Below are positions 1-10,232 of a stretch of 64,000 nucleotides of DNA, in pieces. The translations under genes and the position numbers were made by a program. Each line of letters starts with the position of its first letter. The stretch's first letter is position 1. The notes under the pieces are model-generated. The model searched no databases, was not told the origin of the DNA, and was given only the letters and a program-made list of their open reading frames with translations. The stretch spans positions 183,318 to 247,317 of the forward strand of contig JBHLMN010000005.1 of the NCBI GenBank assembly GCA_048938105.1. The letters are read 5' to 3'. The stretch is from Promethearchaeota archaeon. Lineage in GTDB: Archaea > Asgardarchaeota > Heimdallarchaeia > Hodarchaeales > Hodarchaeaceae.

Positions 1-1
1 T

Positions 2-1297
2 ACCTCCATCAATCTCTTCCTCAGTTGTAGCATTCAAAACTTCTATTTGTAAAAAGTTTTTTAACTCAACATTGATTGTATCGTCATTACTAATTCTAAA
101 GCGAGTTTTAATATCACTATTGCTCTCAATGCTGTTATGATTCACTTCAAACCTCTCCAATAATCCCTTATAAAGCACAGTGACAGAGTAATAACTGGTG
201 ATTAAATTATAAAATGTGACAATACCATCTGATTGTGTTACTCCTGTGTATATCATATCTGGATGAAATTTTTCTCGAAGTGTTACCCTTGCATTTATTG
301 CTGGGTGATTATTATATGTTACATTGATTTTTAAGTCTTTTCTTGTTTTTCCAACCCATAGAGTCACTGGAGAGGGTAATGGTTGATATATAAAAACCTC
401 AACGGGAGAACTCTGTTGTATGTTTTTTGAATCCGCAATTAACCGATAGCTTCCAAAAGAGAGTTGTAAAGTACCTGTACCATCGGAGCTCAAGTCTGTT
501 GTTAGAAGTAACTCACCTGCTAAGCTATACACAAGGACATAAACGTTATTGAAATTTTCAATAAAATCATGAGATCGCACAATAATTGGAACTTCATACT
601 CTCCTTTTACTATTGTTTTTAACTGTGATTTTGTGACTACTGATGGATCTACCTTGACTCTTATAAACGAAACAAAATCGGATAAAATGCCTTTTAATGC
701 CTGTGCTGTAGCTAAAGGAAGAATTAATTCAGTATCCATTGGTGAATCAGTTGTAATTATTCCCTCAATCGTCACTGTAACAGTCATTGGTGTTAAAGTG
801 CTTACTAATGTTAATCTCGACCCAATTGCCAGTTCATGTTCTTCTGCAAGGGATTTTCCTGCTACTGCTCCAAGGGTTATACTCATGTTTGAGTCACTCG
901 AGAGTTGATCAAACCATTCTCCTTCCAGATTTATTTGTTGAGTAATATCTAAGAACTTTGATGTTATTCCCCTAACAATTATTGCACTCTCATCCAAATT
1001 CTGAACGATTACAGCTGTTAAAACTTCTGCGCTAATGATTTCTACACCCTCCAACTTTTCAACATCATACACAAATGAAAGAGGAACCGTTCCAGTCATA
1101 GGTGTGGTTGTTCCTGATGGTGTAATAACTAAAATATCTTCTTCTTCTCCCAAAAAAAAATCTTCAGGTTTTATTCCTATGACGAAAGAACCAACTGCTG
1201 CCGAAGTAAATGAAATAAATAATATTGCGATTATAAATAAATTAAGATCTTTTTGTGAAAGAATTCGTACTTTCGCTAAAGTGATTCTATTGAACAA
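2..1297 (-). CDS. FtsX/MacB-like ABC transporter permease, partial (runs off window start)
   Basis: Not in ORF track. Manual translation from TTG at 1297: LFNRITLAKVRILSQKDLNLFIIAILFISFTSAAVGSFVIG (TM), then a MacB-like extracellular region (VPLSFVYDVEKLEGVEIISAEV...IIVRGI). It lies 21 bp after the stop of the neighbouring permease, same strand. Confidence 0.75.
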   Translation of the reverse strand, partial: MFNRITLAKVRILSQKDLNLFIIAILFISFTSAAVGSFVIGIKPEDFFLGEEEDILVITPSGTTTPMTGTVPLSFVYDVEKLEGVEIISAEVLTAVIVQNLDESAIIVRGITSKFLDITQQINLEGEWFDQLSSDSNMSITLGAVAGKSLAEEHELAIGSRLTLVSTLTPMTVTVTIEGIITTDSPMDTELILPLATAQALKGILSDFVSFIRVKVDPSVVTKSQLKTIVKGEYEVPIIVRSHDFIENFNNVYVLVYSLAGELLLTTDLSSDGTGTLQLSFGSYRLIADSKNIQQSSPVEVFIYQPLPSPVTLWVGKTRKDLKINVTYNNHPAINARVTLREKFHPDMIYTGVTQSDGIVTFYNLITSYYSVTVLYKGLLERFEVNHNSIESNSDIKTRFRISNDDTINVELKNFLQIEVLNATTEEEIDGG

Positions 1298-1318
1298 TTT
1301 GACATTCTTTTCCCTTTA

Positions 1319-2491
1319 TCACTTTTCTTTAATAAGCATTGATATTTTTGAAGGAGATGTTCTGCTGATTTTAAGACTGGGAATTATAGTAGCACCTGTT
1401 GTTATGATCATTGATAAAATCCACAATGGAGCAATAATACTTATTGGTGCCAGCGTCACTACGAACCTCACGTTTAGGACTGCTGTTAAAATCGACAAAA
1501 CCATTGGTGGTAATATAATTCCTATTAAAACTCCCATAAAAAATCCAATATTCCCGACTATCAGACCTAAGAGGATCATTAGTAGCAAAAGTCGTTCTCT
1601 CGACAAACCTATTGCTCTCATGATAAGAAACGTTCTCTCATAGGTAATTACAAACCAAGTGATATTATGATATAATCTTATCATAACTAGGACAAATAAA
1701 AATATGTACAATAACTCTAATTTGGCTAAGATTTCTTTGAAAATGGTATTTGTATAAATCTCAGGCTGTTGTTCTTTCCAAACCAGAATATCTTTGTAGT
1801 TGTTTCCCAGTAGATCTGATAATATTTTCTCAAAATCTACTAAGGATATTGATTCTTTTACCTTAATTTTCACTTCACTAAATCCTAAATCTGTTTCTGA
1901 TTCTCCAATGATTGTCTTGAAGTCATTAATATGAACCATTATTGTCTGTTGAAGCTCTGCCACACCAGTTATTGTACCGACTATTTTACACGCCCCTGAC
2001 TGGTTCTCCGTGAGTAATGTGTAAGTTATATTTGATGTAAAATACCCACGTATGTCAGCTCCCTGAATACACTCTATAGGTGTTTGATTTGAGTGTGGTA
2101 CATATCCTTCCAACATATATACCCAAGAATAAAACGAAGTTAATGTTGTTAAATTTGTACCAATCAATTCTGTTTGTAACAATTTTCCATTTGCAGAGAA
2201 ATTTGCCCGTGTTTTAACAACGGGTAATACAGATTCAAAATCACCAAGATACAGTGTTTCAATGATATCATTCGTGATTTTATTTTCAGAATCTATCATT
2301 CTCATGGAAAACTGAAAACTCGGAGTGCTTTGTGCAGTTATTTCATAGATTGAGGTAGAAACGCCAGTTATGATTCCAGATACTGTAATAACTATAGTTA
2401 CTATCAATGCAAAACCTATTATGGAATGTATGGAGTGTTTAGCACTTCTTCCAATTAATCTTAGACATAATGTTGTTAATTGCCCAAACAT
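1319..2491 (-). CDS. FtsX-like ABC transporter permease
   Basis: N-terminal TM, extracellular domain and C-terminal FtsX motif (ERTFLIMRAIGLSR) followed by further TM helices. Confidence 0.85.
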   Translation of the reverse strand: MFGQLTTLCLRLIGRSAKHSIHSIIGFALIVTIVITVSGIITGVSTSIYEITAQSTPSFQFSMRMIDSENKITNDIIETLYLGDFESVLPVVKTRANFSANGKLLQTELIGTNLTTLTSFYSWVYMLEGYVPHSNQTPIECIQGADIRGYFTSNITYTLLTENQSGACKIVGTITGVAELQQTIMVHINDFKTIIGESETDLGFSEVKIKVKESISLVDFEKILSDLLGNNYKDILVWKEQQPEIYTNTIFKEILAKLELLYIFLFVLVMIRLYHNITWFVITYERTFLIMRAIGLSRERLLLLMILLGLIVGNIGFFMGVLIGIILPPMVLSILTAVLNVRFVVTLAPISIIAPLWILSMIITTGATIIPSLKISRTSPSKISMLIKEK

Positions 2492-2724
2492 TTCAGTAGA
2501 GTTTCCAAATATGGTCTATCATTATATTTCCGATTTATCAATATAAATTGATATGTTATATTAGAAAAGTAATCCTTAGATTCTCTATTAAAACAATAAC
2601 ATTAAATATATCAAAAATGATTTCTATCTTTCGATAAAATGATATTAATTTTAAGAAAAGCAAAAGCATAGGAATTGAGGGAGTATCAATTAAAGTTCAG
2701 AAAATTTTAGTGTTTCAAGAATTT

Positions 2725-5094
2725 TCAAATGATTTCATACATTTGATATTTTTCATTCTGATATATCAAGCTAAAGTAAGTTTTATTAGTTAAAGATCGG
2801 AAAAAGTATGATTTTGACCAAATATCTTCTTGAAATGCTTCAAAATTCTTGTTCTGGTGATATGGTATAACAATACGTTGGAAAGGAACTTCAAAGTCAA
2901 ATGGAGAAGGAAGATGTTCATCAGGATGTTTTAATATATAGACTAGGTAACTAAGATTTTTAGAACTATAAAACTGATTTCCCAGTAAATCACTTTGATA
3001 ATAGAAATCTAAAACAGGGTGTAGAGTAAAATACTGCAATCCTGTCGTTTTTACGGTCAGAAAAGCCCCTTGGAAGTCTTTATCCTGAAGACTTTTAGTT
3101 ACTATAGCCTGATAATAGTGATCATATTCATCCACTAATGTACTTTGAAAGGTTTCAATATCTCCATTGCTTTGTAACCAAACATAACTTTGTAAGGTAA
3201 TAGGCAGGATCAGCACTATTGAAAAAATAATTACTGTTAAACCAGATCTTATTTTAGAAAAAGTTTCAAAATTTCTTGTTGGTGTTACTAGAAATTTAAA
3301 CACAAATCCTATCAACGCGACCCAAATCATTGCAAAGATCAACACTTGTACAAATGCAAGTTCTGTGTGTGAATAGTAGAAGAAGGCTAATTGATTATAG
3401 GTCATTTCAGTGATATCTTGGGAGATTTCAACGTTAAGGACTGAATCAAAGATATATGATACTAAGAAGGGAATATAATAATAAAAATTAATGCAACCAA
3501 AAAATAATAATGAAATTCGAGGTAATTTTGAATCGGTTGGAATCTTGAAGTGGTTAATTAAAGTATAAAAACCCTGTACTATTAAAATAGCCAAAGGAAC
3601 ATAAATTGGACTAAGGAATCCGATAGGTTCTTGAAGGTAGTAGGTTATCCAGATCATGTAGTAAAAGATTACCCATATCGAAAAAGTAGTCGTTTCTTTT
3701 GTCTGAATCAAGCCAATAACCTTTAGTAGAATCCACGGTAGACAAACACCAATTCCTAAGAAGATATAAAGACTAGCTGACCAAAAATTGACTATGTGCA
3801 TCTTTTCCAAGGATAGGTCTAAGCTAAAAATTTGGAAACCATTGAACTCCCAAATCAATGAATCAAATACTCTGAAGTAGGAATCATACAAGTTGTTGAG
3901 AAAATCACCTGATTTAGTAATTCGATCAATTATCCAAACACTACCAAGGATCATACTTCCAATGAAGAATACTATTAATGAACTAACAGATGTTTCATGC
4001 TCTCTATAGGGTCTTTTAATAATATGATAGGCAATTAAACCCGCGAAACACAAAATTATCAATCCTAAACCAATGAAAACGTGTGTTATTGCTCGGGCCA
4101 TCAAAAAAACTGATAAAATTATTAATAACATAATCTGGATGATTTTACCTCGCTTTTGAGTTGGTAAGACAAGAATTATGATTAGATATAGTGCCCAAGC
4201 GTTAATCTGACTCAATAAAGACAAAACCATACTTAAACTCCCAATAAAAGTATACAACTTTGTATATTCAGTTTGTTGGTTGATTCCTTTCCAAATAAAG
4301 TAAAAGGATACACCAAAGAAGTAACAGATGTATAAATCTTGATAAAATGCCCAATAAGACATGGTCCAATAAACAACTGGTAATACTAAAAATACTAACA
4401 TAACTAGTTGCCCTTTAATTTTTTCTCCCCACACCTCCATAGAAAGATCATATCCGAGAAATGAGGATCCTATCAAAAACAGTAATGGAAACATTTGATA
4501 AGCTCGCTCATTACTAACATAATAAGAAAATGTAAAAAGTAGTGTGTTAAGTGGAGCTTTTTCTATTTGTGTGTAAGACAAATAATTGATATCAGTGATT
4601 TTATTGGCAAAATAAAAAATTTCAGCCTCGGGTAAGTAATAATTAAGAGCATCTAAGCCACGGAGTGGAAGAATGAATTGTAATGAAAAATACTCAAAGA
4701 TCAATAAAAGGAAAAGCAAGATTTCCCAAGTTATCGTCTTTTTTATTGATATCAAGTTGAAGTTTTCAAGATTCAGAATAAAGGATCTCATTAGATGATA
4801 TACTACATAAAGAGAAAGAGTCATTAGAATACCGTAACACAAGTAGATATAATTTTCGAAAAATAATGAAATCACGACTAATCTCTCAATAATAACAAAG
4901 CTAAATACTCCATCAGGTTGAATACCAATAAGGATCCAAGGTACTATTAAAATAAAAGTTCCAACTATCAATGAAAAATGAAAAATTTCAGTGGGTCGAA
5001 ATGACCAATGGAATCGACGATTCAATAATAAAAAACAACCAAAACCTCCACCTAGGATAGCTATGATAGAATAAACTGACTGAATTGGCATCAT
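2725..5094 (-). CDS. polytopic membrane protein, probable GT-C fold glycosyltransferase
   Basis: 789 aa, many TM helices, loop motif GLDALNYYLPEA typical of PMT/ArnT-like GT-C proteins, soluble C-terminal domain, located in the glycan cluster. Confidence 0.6.
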   Translation of the reverse strand: MMPIQSVYSIIAILGGGFGCFLLLNRRFHWSFRPTEIFHFSLIVGTFILIVPWILIGIQPDGVFSFVIIERLVVISLFFENYIYLCYGILMTLSLYVVYHLMRSFILNLENFNLISIKKTITWEILLFLLLIFEYFSLQFILPLRGLDALNYYLPEAEIFYFANKITDINYLSYTQIEKAPLNTLLFTFSYYVSNERAYQMFPLLFLIGSSFLGYDLSMEVWGEKIKGQLVMLVFLVLPVVYWTMSYWAFYQDLYICYFFGVSFYFIWKGINQQTEYTKLYTFIGSLSMVLSLLSQINAWALYLIIILVLPTQKRGKIIQIMLLIILSVFLMARAITHVFIGLGLIILCFAGLIAYHIIKRPYREHETSVSSLIVFFIGSMILGSVWIIDRITKSGDFLNNLYDSYFRVFDSLIWEFNGFQIFSLDLSLEKMHIVNFWSASLYIFLGIGVCLPWILLKVIGLIQTKETTTFSIWVIFYYMIWITYYLQEPIGFLSPIYVPLAILIVQGFYTLINHFKIPTDSKLPRISLLFFGCINFYYYIPFLVSYIFDSVLNVEISQDITEMTYNQLAFFYYSHTELAFVQVLIFAMIWVALIGFVFKFLVTPTRNFETFSKIRSGLTVIIFSIVLILPITLQSYVWLQSNGDIETFQSTLVDEYDHYYQAIVTKSLQDKDFQGAFLTVKTTGLQYFTLHPVLDFYYQSDLLGNQFYSSKNLSYLVYILKHPDEHLPSPFDFEVPFQRIVIPYHQNKNFEAFQEDIWSKSYFFRSLTNKTYFSLIYQNEKYQMYEII

Positions 5095-5123
5095 TAATTT
5101 TCACTTAAATTCATTCTACATTC

Positions 5124-6131
5124 TTACATGTCACACTTATGACAGAAGGGTAATTTCTCAAATAACTTTTCTTTATGTATTTTCTTGATAACTAATAACC
5201 GTTTGTTATTCCAGATTTCTCTTATTGATTGTTCATTCAAGTTACCTAGGATCCAGTCTCCATCTACATCCTGACAGCATACAGTTACATCTCCATTCCA
5301 GAAAACTGTCATTATTTGCCAAAGATGTAAGCAAGTTTGAGTTCTAAGCTGAATGTTATTCCTTTTTTGTTTATATTTTGAAAAAGATTCAGAGATTACA
5401 CCACTCACTCTTACATGATCCACATATTTACGCCATTTATTGACATATTTCTCTTCTTCATGTGCATTTTCAGGTAGAATGTAGAAATTTGTTTCAATGA
5501 CTGGTCCATTCCATTTCATTTTTCTCCGTAAGGCTAGAAAGGTGAGAATATTCTTCACTATTCTATCAAAGTTACTTCGTTTCATAACTGTTTCATGAAC
5601 TTCTTTAGAATGCCCAAAAATTGAAAAAGAGAAATGATCAGCATTGTTAACTCCAGAACTAAGGATAGCTTTAATTTTCTCTTTGTTAAATGGCATACCA
5701 TTGGTTGAAATTAAAATCCCAAGTTTTTTTGATTTAATATAACTGATCATCTCAACTATATGAGGATGGAGCAACGGTTCACCATGAAGAAATAGATGTA
5801 TTCTCATCACTCCAATCCGAGCCGCGTCGTCAATAATCTTGCGAAATAGCTTAATATCCATATATCCCCTCGATCTTGAACTTCTCAAAGAGGGACAACA
5901 AATACAAGTAACATTACAATGGTTTGTTGGTTCTATCTGAAGAGCTGGAGGTCCAGTCTGGTACTTATCGAGTCTTCCAGTCAATCGTGGCAGTACAAAT
6001 TCCACTTTTCGAAAAAAGATACGTAGGTCTTTGAATGATTTTATAAACTTTAACTCCTCTATTGCATATCGAAGAACATTGCTTTTTGAGCGTTTATATG
6101 GCCTACCTTTTATCCTGCTTAAAAGCTTCAA
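5124..6131 (-). CDS. radical SAM protein with SPASM/Twitch domain
   Basis: CNVTCICC (CxxxCxxC), GEPLLH, STNG, and C-terminal CLHLW...GDVTVCC...CHKC. Confidence 0.93.
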   Translation of the reverse strand: MKLLSRIKGRPYKRSKSNVLRYAIEELKFIKSFKDLRIFFRKVEFVLPRLTGRLDKYQTGPPALQIEPTNHCNVTCICCPSLRSSRSRGYMDIKLFRKIIDDAARIGVMRIHLFLHGEPLLHPHIVEMISYIKSKKLGILISTNGMPFNKEKIKAILSSGVNNADHFSFSIFGHSKEVHETVMKRSNFDRIVKNILTFLALRRKMKWNGPVIETNFYILPENAHEEEKYVNKWRKYVDHVRVSGVISESFSKYKQKRNNIQLRTQTCLHLWQIMTVFWNGDVTVCCQDVDGDWILGNLNEQSIREIWNNKRLLVIKKIHKEKLFEKLPFCHKCDM

Positions 6132-6293
6132 CTCTACACTCCATAAAATAAAGCTAATAATGGTTTTATTTTTTGTTTTCTTTTTTTCTTCAGAGTATTC
6201 AATCTGATATTTCTTTCCAAATATATTACAGAATAATACTTAATTTGGTAAGACAAATATAAAACAATTATTATGGATTTTAAATGAAAAGAA

Positions 6294-7349
6294 ATGATCA
6301 AGAATGAAAATATATCTATTGAAACTCAAATCGACGATGATGAATGGCTTGCTTTTATTCAAAAATGTCCACAAAAGGAAATTTTCCAAACGCCTTATAT
6401 GAGAAACGTTTTCAATAAGACTAAAAATCATAAATCTTTTAGTTTTTTTGCCCGTGATAATAATGATGAAATTGTTGGTTCACTCTTAGCCTATACTGTT
6501 CGAGATAAAGTTCCTTTATCTTTTTTCTCTCGGAGAGCAATAGTTGAAGGTGGACCTATTTTTTTAAACAATGAAAAAGGTAAATTGGCTGCAAAGCTAC
6601 TAATAGATAATTTTTCAAAAGAAATGAAAAAACACGCAATTCTCGCAGAAGTTCGTTATCATAGACCAACAACAAACATCGACTTTTGTTTTCAAGATAT
6701 CAAGTACAATTATATCGAATATGAAAACATTTTAATTGATCTTATTGGGGGAGAAGATGCAATTTGGAAAGGTTTTCATAGAAGAAAAAAGAGTAAAGTT
6801 AAACAAGCAGCAAAAAGAGGCGTTATATGTAGGAGGGTTGAGAGCGAATCTGAAATGAAAGTGGTTTATTCAATTGTTCAAGAGACTCATAATCGAGTAA
6901 AAATGCCTTTAGCAGATGAGTCCCTCTTTACAGCTATTTTTCATGAACTAACCCCTCAAAATCTTGCGTATCCACTTTTAACCGAGCTAAAAGGTGAAAT
7001 AATAGGAGGAATTGTCCCTTTACTATTCGAAAAAGTCATATTCGGTTGGTACATGGCTGGATTAAGAGAATATTCAAATCATTATCATCAAAATGATCTT
7101 ATAGTATGGGAACTTCTCAAATGGGGAAGTAAGAATAATTACAACGTTTTTGACTTTGGCGATGCTGGAGACCCAAATAAACCATCTGGATTGAGAGATT
7201 TTAAAATGCGATTTGGTGGGAAACGAGTAAAATACAATATATATCAGCGTATTTTACGTCCTTATTATTTTAAAATATCTAAAACTGGCTATAAAATTTG
7301 GAGTAAATACTACAAAGGATTAAGGAGAACTATTACGCTGGATAATTGA
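6294..7349 (+). CDS. FemABX-like GNAT acyl/aminoacyl-transferase, copy 1
   Basis: IFQTP, EGGP, ILIDL, FDFGDAG and LRDFKMRFGG motifs of the FemAB/Acetyltransf_6 type. Confidence 0.85.
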   Translation: MIKNENISIETQIDDDEWLAFIQKCPQKEIFQTPYMRNVFNKTKNHKSFSFFARDNNDEIVGSLLAYTVRDKVPLSFFSRRAIVEGGPIFLNNEKGKLAAKLLIDNFSKEMKKHAILAEVRYHRPTTNIDFCFQDIKYNYIEYENILIDLIGGEDAIWKGFHRRKKSKVKQAAKRGVICRRVESESEMKVVYSIVQETHNRVKMPLADESLFTAIFHELTPQNLAYPLLTELKGEIIGGIVPLLFEKVIFGWYMAGLREYSNHYHQNDLIVWELLKWGSKNNYNVFDFGDAGDPNKPSGLRDFKMRFGGKRVKYNIYQRILRPYYFKISKTGYKIWSKYYKGLRRTITLDN

Positions 7350-7476
7350 GAACTGAAGGAAATTGAATAATATACTCCAAATTATAAAAAGACCACTTGG
7401 ATCCTGTCCATAGCTACAGAGATAGCAAATATTTAAAGTGATAAAAGAAATATAAAACAATCATAGTGAGTTTTAA

Positions 7477-8514
7477 GTGCCAAAAATGATTAACAATGAA
7501 AAATTCTCTATTGAAACTCAAATCGACGATGAAGAATGGCTTGCTTTTATTCAAAAATGTCCTCAAAAAGATATCTTCCAAACCCCTCATATGAAAATCG
7601 TTTTTGAAAAAACAAAAGATTACGATCCATTTTGTTTCTTTGCCCGTGATGAGAAAGATGAAATAATCGCTTCTCTTTTAGCATATACTATTCGAGAACC
7701 CGTTCCCTTCTCATACTTCTCCCGAAGAGCAATAGCCGAGGGAGGACCGCTTTTCTTAGAAAATGAAGAAGGCAGATTAGCTGCGAGACTTCTTATAGAA
7801 GAATTTTCTAAAAAAATAAAAAAACATGCTATTTTTGCCGAAATTCGTAATCATCGTTCATCAGAGGAAATCAATTCGATATTTCAACAATCTAAATTCA
7901 ATTTTGTTGACCATTTAAACATAATAATTGACTTAACTAAAGGAAAGGAAGCACTTTGGAACGATATGCATAAACAAAGACGAGCTGGAATCAGACGATC
8001 ATTAAGAAGAGGAGTATCTTGTAAGGTCGTTAAAAGTGAATCTGATATAAAAGTTTTATATGATATCTTAAAAGAAACGTATAAATATGTTAAGGTCCCT
8101 TTCGCAGATGAATCGCTATTCATAGCGATATTTCAAGAGTTGGTTCCAAAGAATTTCGCTAAACCATTTCTTTTACAACTTGATGATTGCCCTATTGCGA
8201 GTTTCGTTCCTCTTATGTATGAAGGTAAAATAATCGAATTTTATACAGGTGGATTACGGGAATATAGTAGATATCATGCAAATGAACTTGCAGTTTGGAA
8301 ACTTCTTGAATGGGGTTCAGAAAACAATTTTAATGTTTTTGATTTTTTTGGTGCTGGCCCCCCAGATAAGAACTACGGAGTAAGGGATTTTAAATTACGT
8401 TTTGGGGGTGAGCTGGTGAATAATGGCAGATACTTGAGAATTTTGCACCCCATTTCTAACAAAATATCAAAATACGGTTATAAAACATGGAAAATTCTGA
8501 AAAAAATATTCTAA
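7477..8514 (+). CDS. FemABX-like GNAT acyl/aminoacyl-transferase, copy 2
   Basis: Paralog of 6294..7349; FDFFGAGPPDKNYGVRDFKLRFGG. Confidence 0.85.
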   Translation: MPKMINNEKFSIETQIDDEEWLAFIQKCPQKDIFQTPHMKIVFEKTKDYDPFCFFARDEKDEIIASLLAYTIREPVPFSYFSRRAIAEGGPLFLENEEGRLAARLLIEEFSKKIKKHAIFAEIRNHRSSEEINSIFQQSKFNFVDHLNIIIDLTKGKEALWNDMHKQRRAGIRRSLRRGVSCKVVKSESDIKVLYDILKETYKYVKVPFADESLFIAIFQELVPKNFAKPFLLQLDDCPIASFVPLMYEGKIIEFYTGGLREYSRYHANELAVWKLLEWGSENNFNVFDFFGAGPPDKNYGVRDFKLRFGGELVNNGRYLRILHPISNKISKYGYKTWKILKKIF

Positions 8515-8777
8515 TTAACCCTCATGACTAAAAGAATCACACAGAAAAGAATGCTTTTAAGTTCACAATTGGTAACTATTGATGATAATATGTATTTATC
8601 CATATTTCACACTTATAATTTCTTTATGTATGTCTTTTAAGATAGGAATTCAAAAGTCTTTATAATTGATATTATTATATTCTAAAACAATCTCTTATTG
8701 AGGAAAAATGGAAGCGTCTATACAAGTAGATAACAATAAAACTCCATAGAGGTATTAAATTACTGGATCTGTTTGAT

Positions 8778-10103
8778 GTGGTAACAAAACTAGACATGAG
8801 TGCTATAATTTCTTCAATTGCATGCAACAATATCGAAACAATCGAAGAATGTAAACTCTATGGCAATATCGATATAAATGCTACAGCTAGAGTAATATCT
8901 AAAAGACAGATTCGGTTTTTACAAAATCCACTGAATGCATTATTTTTGAAAAGAGCTGAAACCTCCGAAATTTCTATCAATAGCATTTTCACAACAGGTT
9001 CCCTCCCTGGGGAAAAACTAGCGGTCTTTGAAAATGGGGAACCAGCCTTGACTATTAAGGATGGAGTATTTTACTTCAATTTTGACCCTTTTTATAGCAT
9101 AAGATATTATCTCAATGAGGAAAAGGGAAGTATTCAAAACAAGTCGATTTTTCCACATCTAATTAAGTTCTATTGGAGGATTCCTAAACTACTTAGGCCT
9201 CAAATCCGAAAAATGGTAAGAAGAAAAAGAAGAAGTAATATTAAACCCCCAGAGGATTTTTTAGGAGTTTATGTTAATATTTTATCAAAAATACTTGAAA
9301 ATTGTTTTATAGAAAATGGTTTTGAAATCAAAGAAGAAAAACGTCTATTTGCAGTAACTCATGATATAGACACTTGTAAGTGTTATAATGATGGTATCAG
9401 CTATATTAGAGAGATCGAGAAGAGTTTAAACATACCTACAACAGTATTCATTGTCCCTTTTGGTCAAGAATATGATCCAGATCTTAACTTACTTGCAGAT
9501 CTTTCGGGGGAGGATTTTGAAATTGGTTTACACGGATTTTCTCATGATGGCCATCTTCTCAGAGAGGGCCCAATTATTTTCGAAAAGAAAATCAAAAAAG
9601 CTTTAAATTTTCTTAAAAATGGAGGTATAGAAATCTTTGGATATAGAAACCCTTATCTCATGAGAAGTGAATTTTTACTCGAATCTCTTTCTAAATTGAG
9701 ATTTCAATATGACAGTAGTTCTCCTGATATAGATACACTTCCTTTGACTCGTCCTTATATTGGATTACATTATAATAAGCCCATTACTCGCACAATAGCG
9801 ATAAAAAACAATATTACTAGAAGAATTCTACAAATTCCAAGCAGTTATCCACAGGATGTTCAAATCTTAGATGATTATAATTTAAATGATAAAGAGGCAT
9901 TTAATTATTTTAAAGTAAAGATTGATTTCATTAAAGACTTTGATGGACTATTTATCTTTCATACACATCCTATCTACTTGATTAATAGGGAAGGATTTTT
10001 CAAAGGAGTGATTGAATATGCTAAATCAAAAAACTTTTTACCTCTTTTGATGAAGGAGATAGCTTCAAAATACCAAAATCAATCGCATGATAATAAATTG
10101 TGA
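8778..10103 (+). CDS. polysaccharide deacetylase (CE4/NodB-like) family protein
   Basis: THDID, EIGLHGFSH, GYRNP, YDSS and HTHP motifs. Confidence 0.85.
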   Translation: MVTKLDMSAIISSIACNNIETIEECKLYGNIDINATARVISKRQIRFLQNPLNALFLKRAETSEISINSIFTTGSLPGEKLAVFENGEPALTIKDGVFYFNFDPFYSIRYYLNEEKGSIQNKSIFPHLIKFYWRIPKLLRPQIRKMVRRKRRSNIKPPEDFLGVYVNILSKILENCFIENGFEIKEEKRLFAVTHDIDTCKCYNDGISYIREIEKSLNIPTTVFIVPFGQEYDPDLNLLADLSGEDFEIGLHGFSHDGHLLREGPIIFEKKIKKALNFLKNGGIEIFGYRNPYLMRSEFLLESLSKLRFQYDSSSPDIDTLPLTRPYIGLHYNKPITRTIAIKNNITRRILQIPSSYPQDVQILDDYNLNDKEAFNYFKVKIDFIKDFDGLFIFHTHPIYLINREGFFKGVIEYAKSKNFLPLLMKEIASKYQNQSHDNKL

Positions 10104-10232
10104 GGTAATGTTTTATTCAAAGTCACTTAGAATCTATTACGATTTACAACAAAAGTAAAACCAAGTGGTTTTAAACTAGTCTTTTTTCCCTGGATTACTG
10201 TGAAATTCTTTATGATTATAGACGACAAAATA

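Noticed and set aside
633-1643. Plus-strand ORFs 633..908 and 1035..1643, and similar short ORFs overlapping real genes throughout (e.g. 18422..18994, 24373..24693, 27207..27566, 49833..50345, 52200..52481, 56653..57173)
   Set aside because: Antisense or off-frame shadows of better-supported genes, with no recognisable motifs
6294-8514. FemAB homologs as evidence for peptidoglycan synthesis
   Set aside because: No Mur ligases, PBPs or MraY/MurG in the window; the context is a polysaccharide locus
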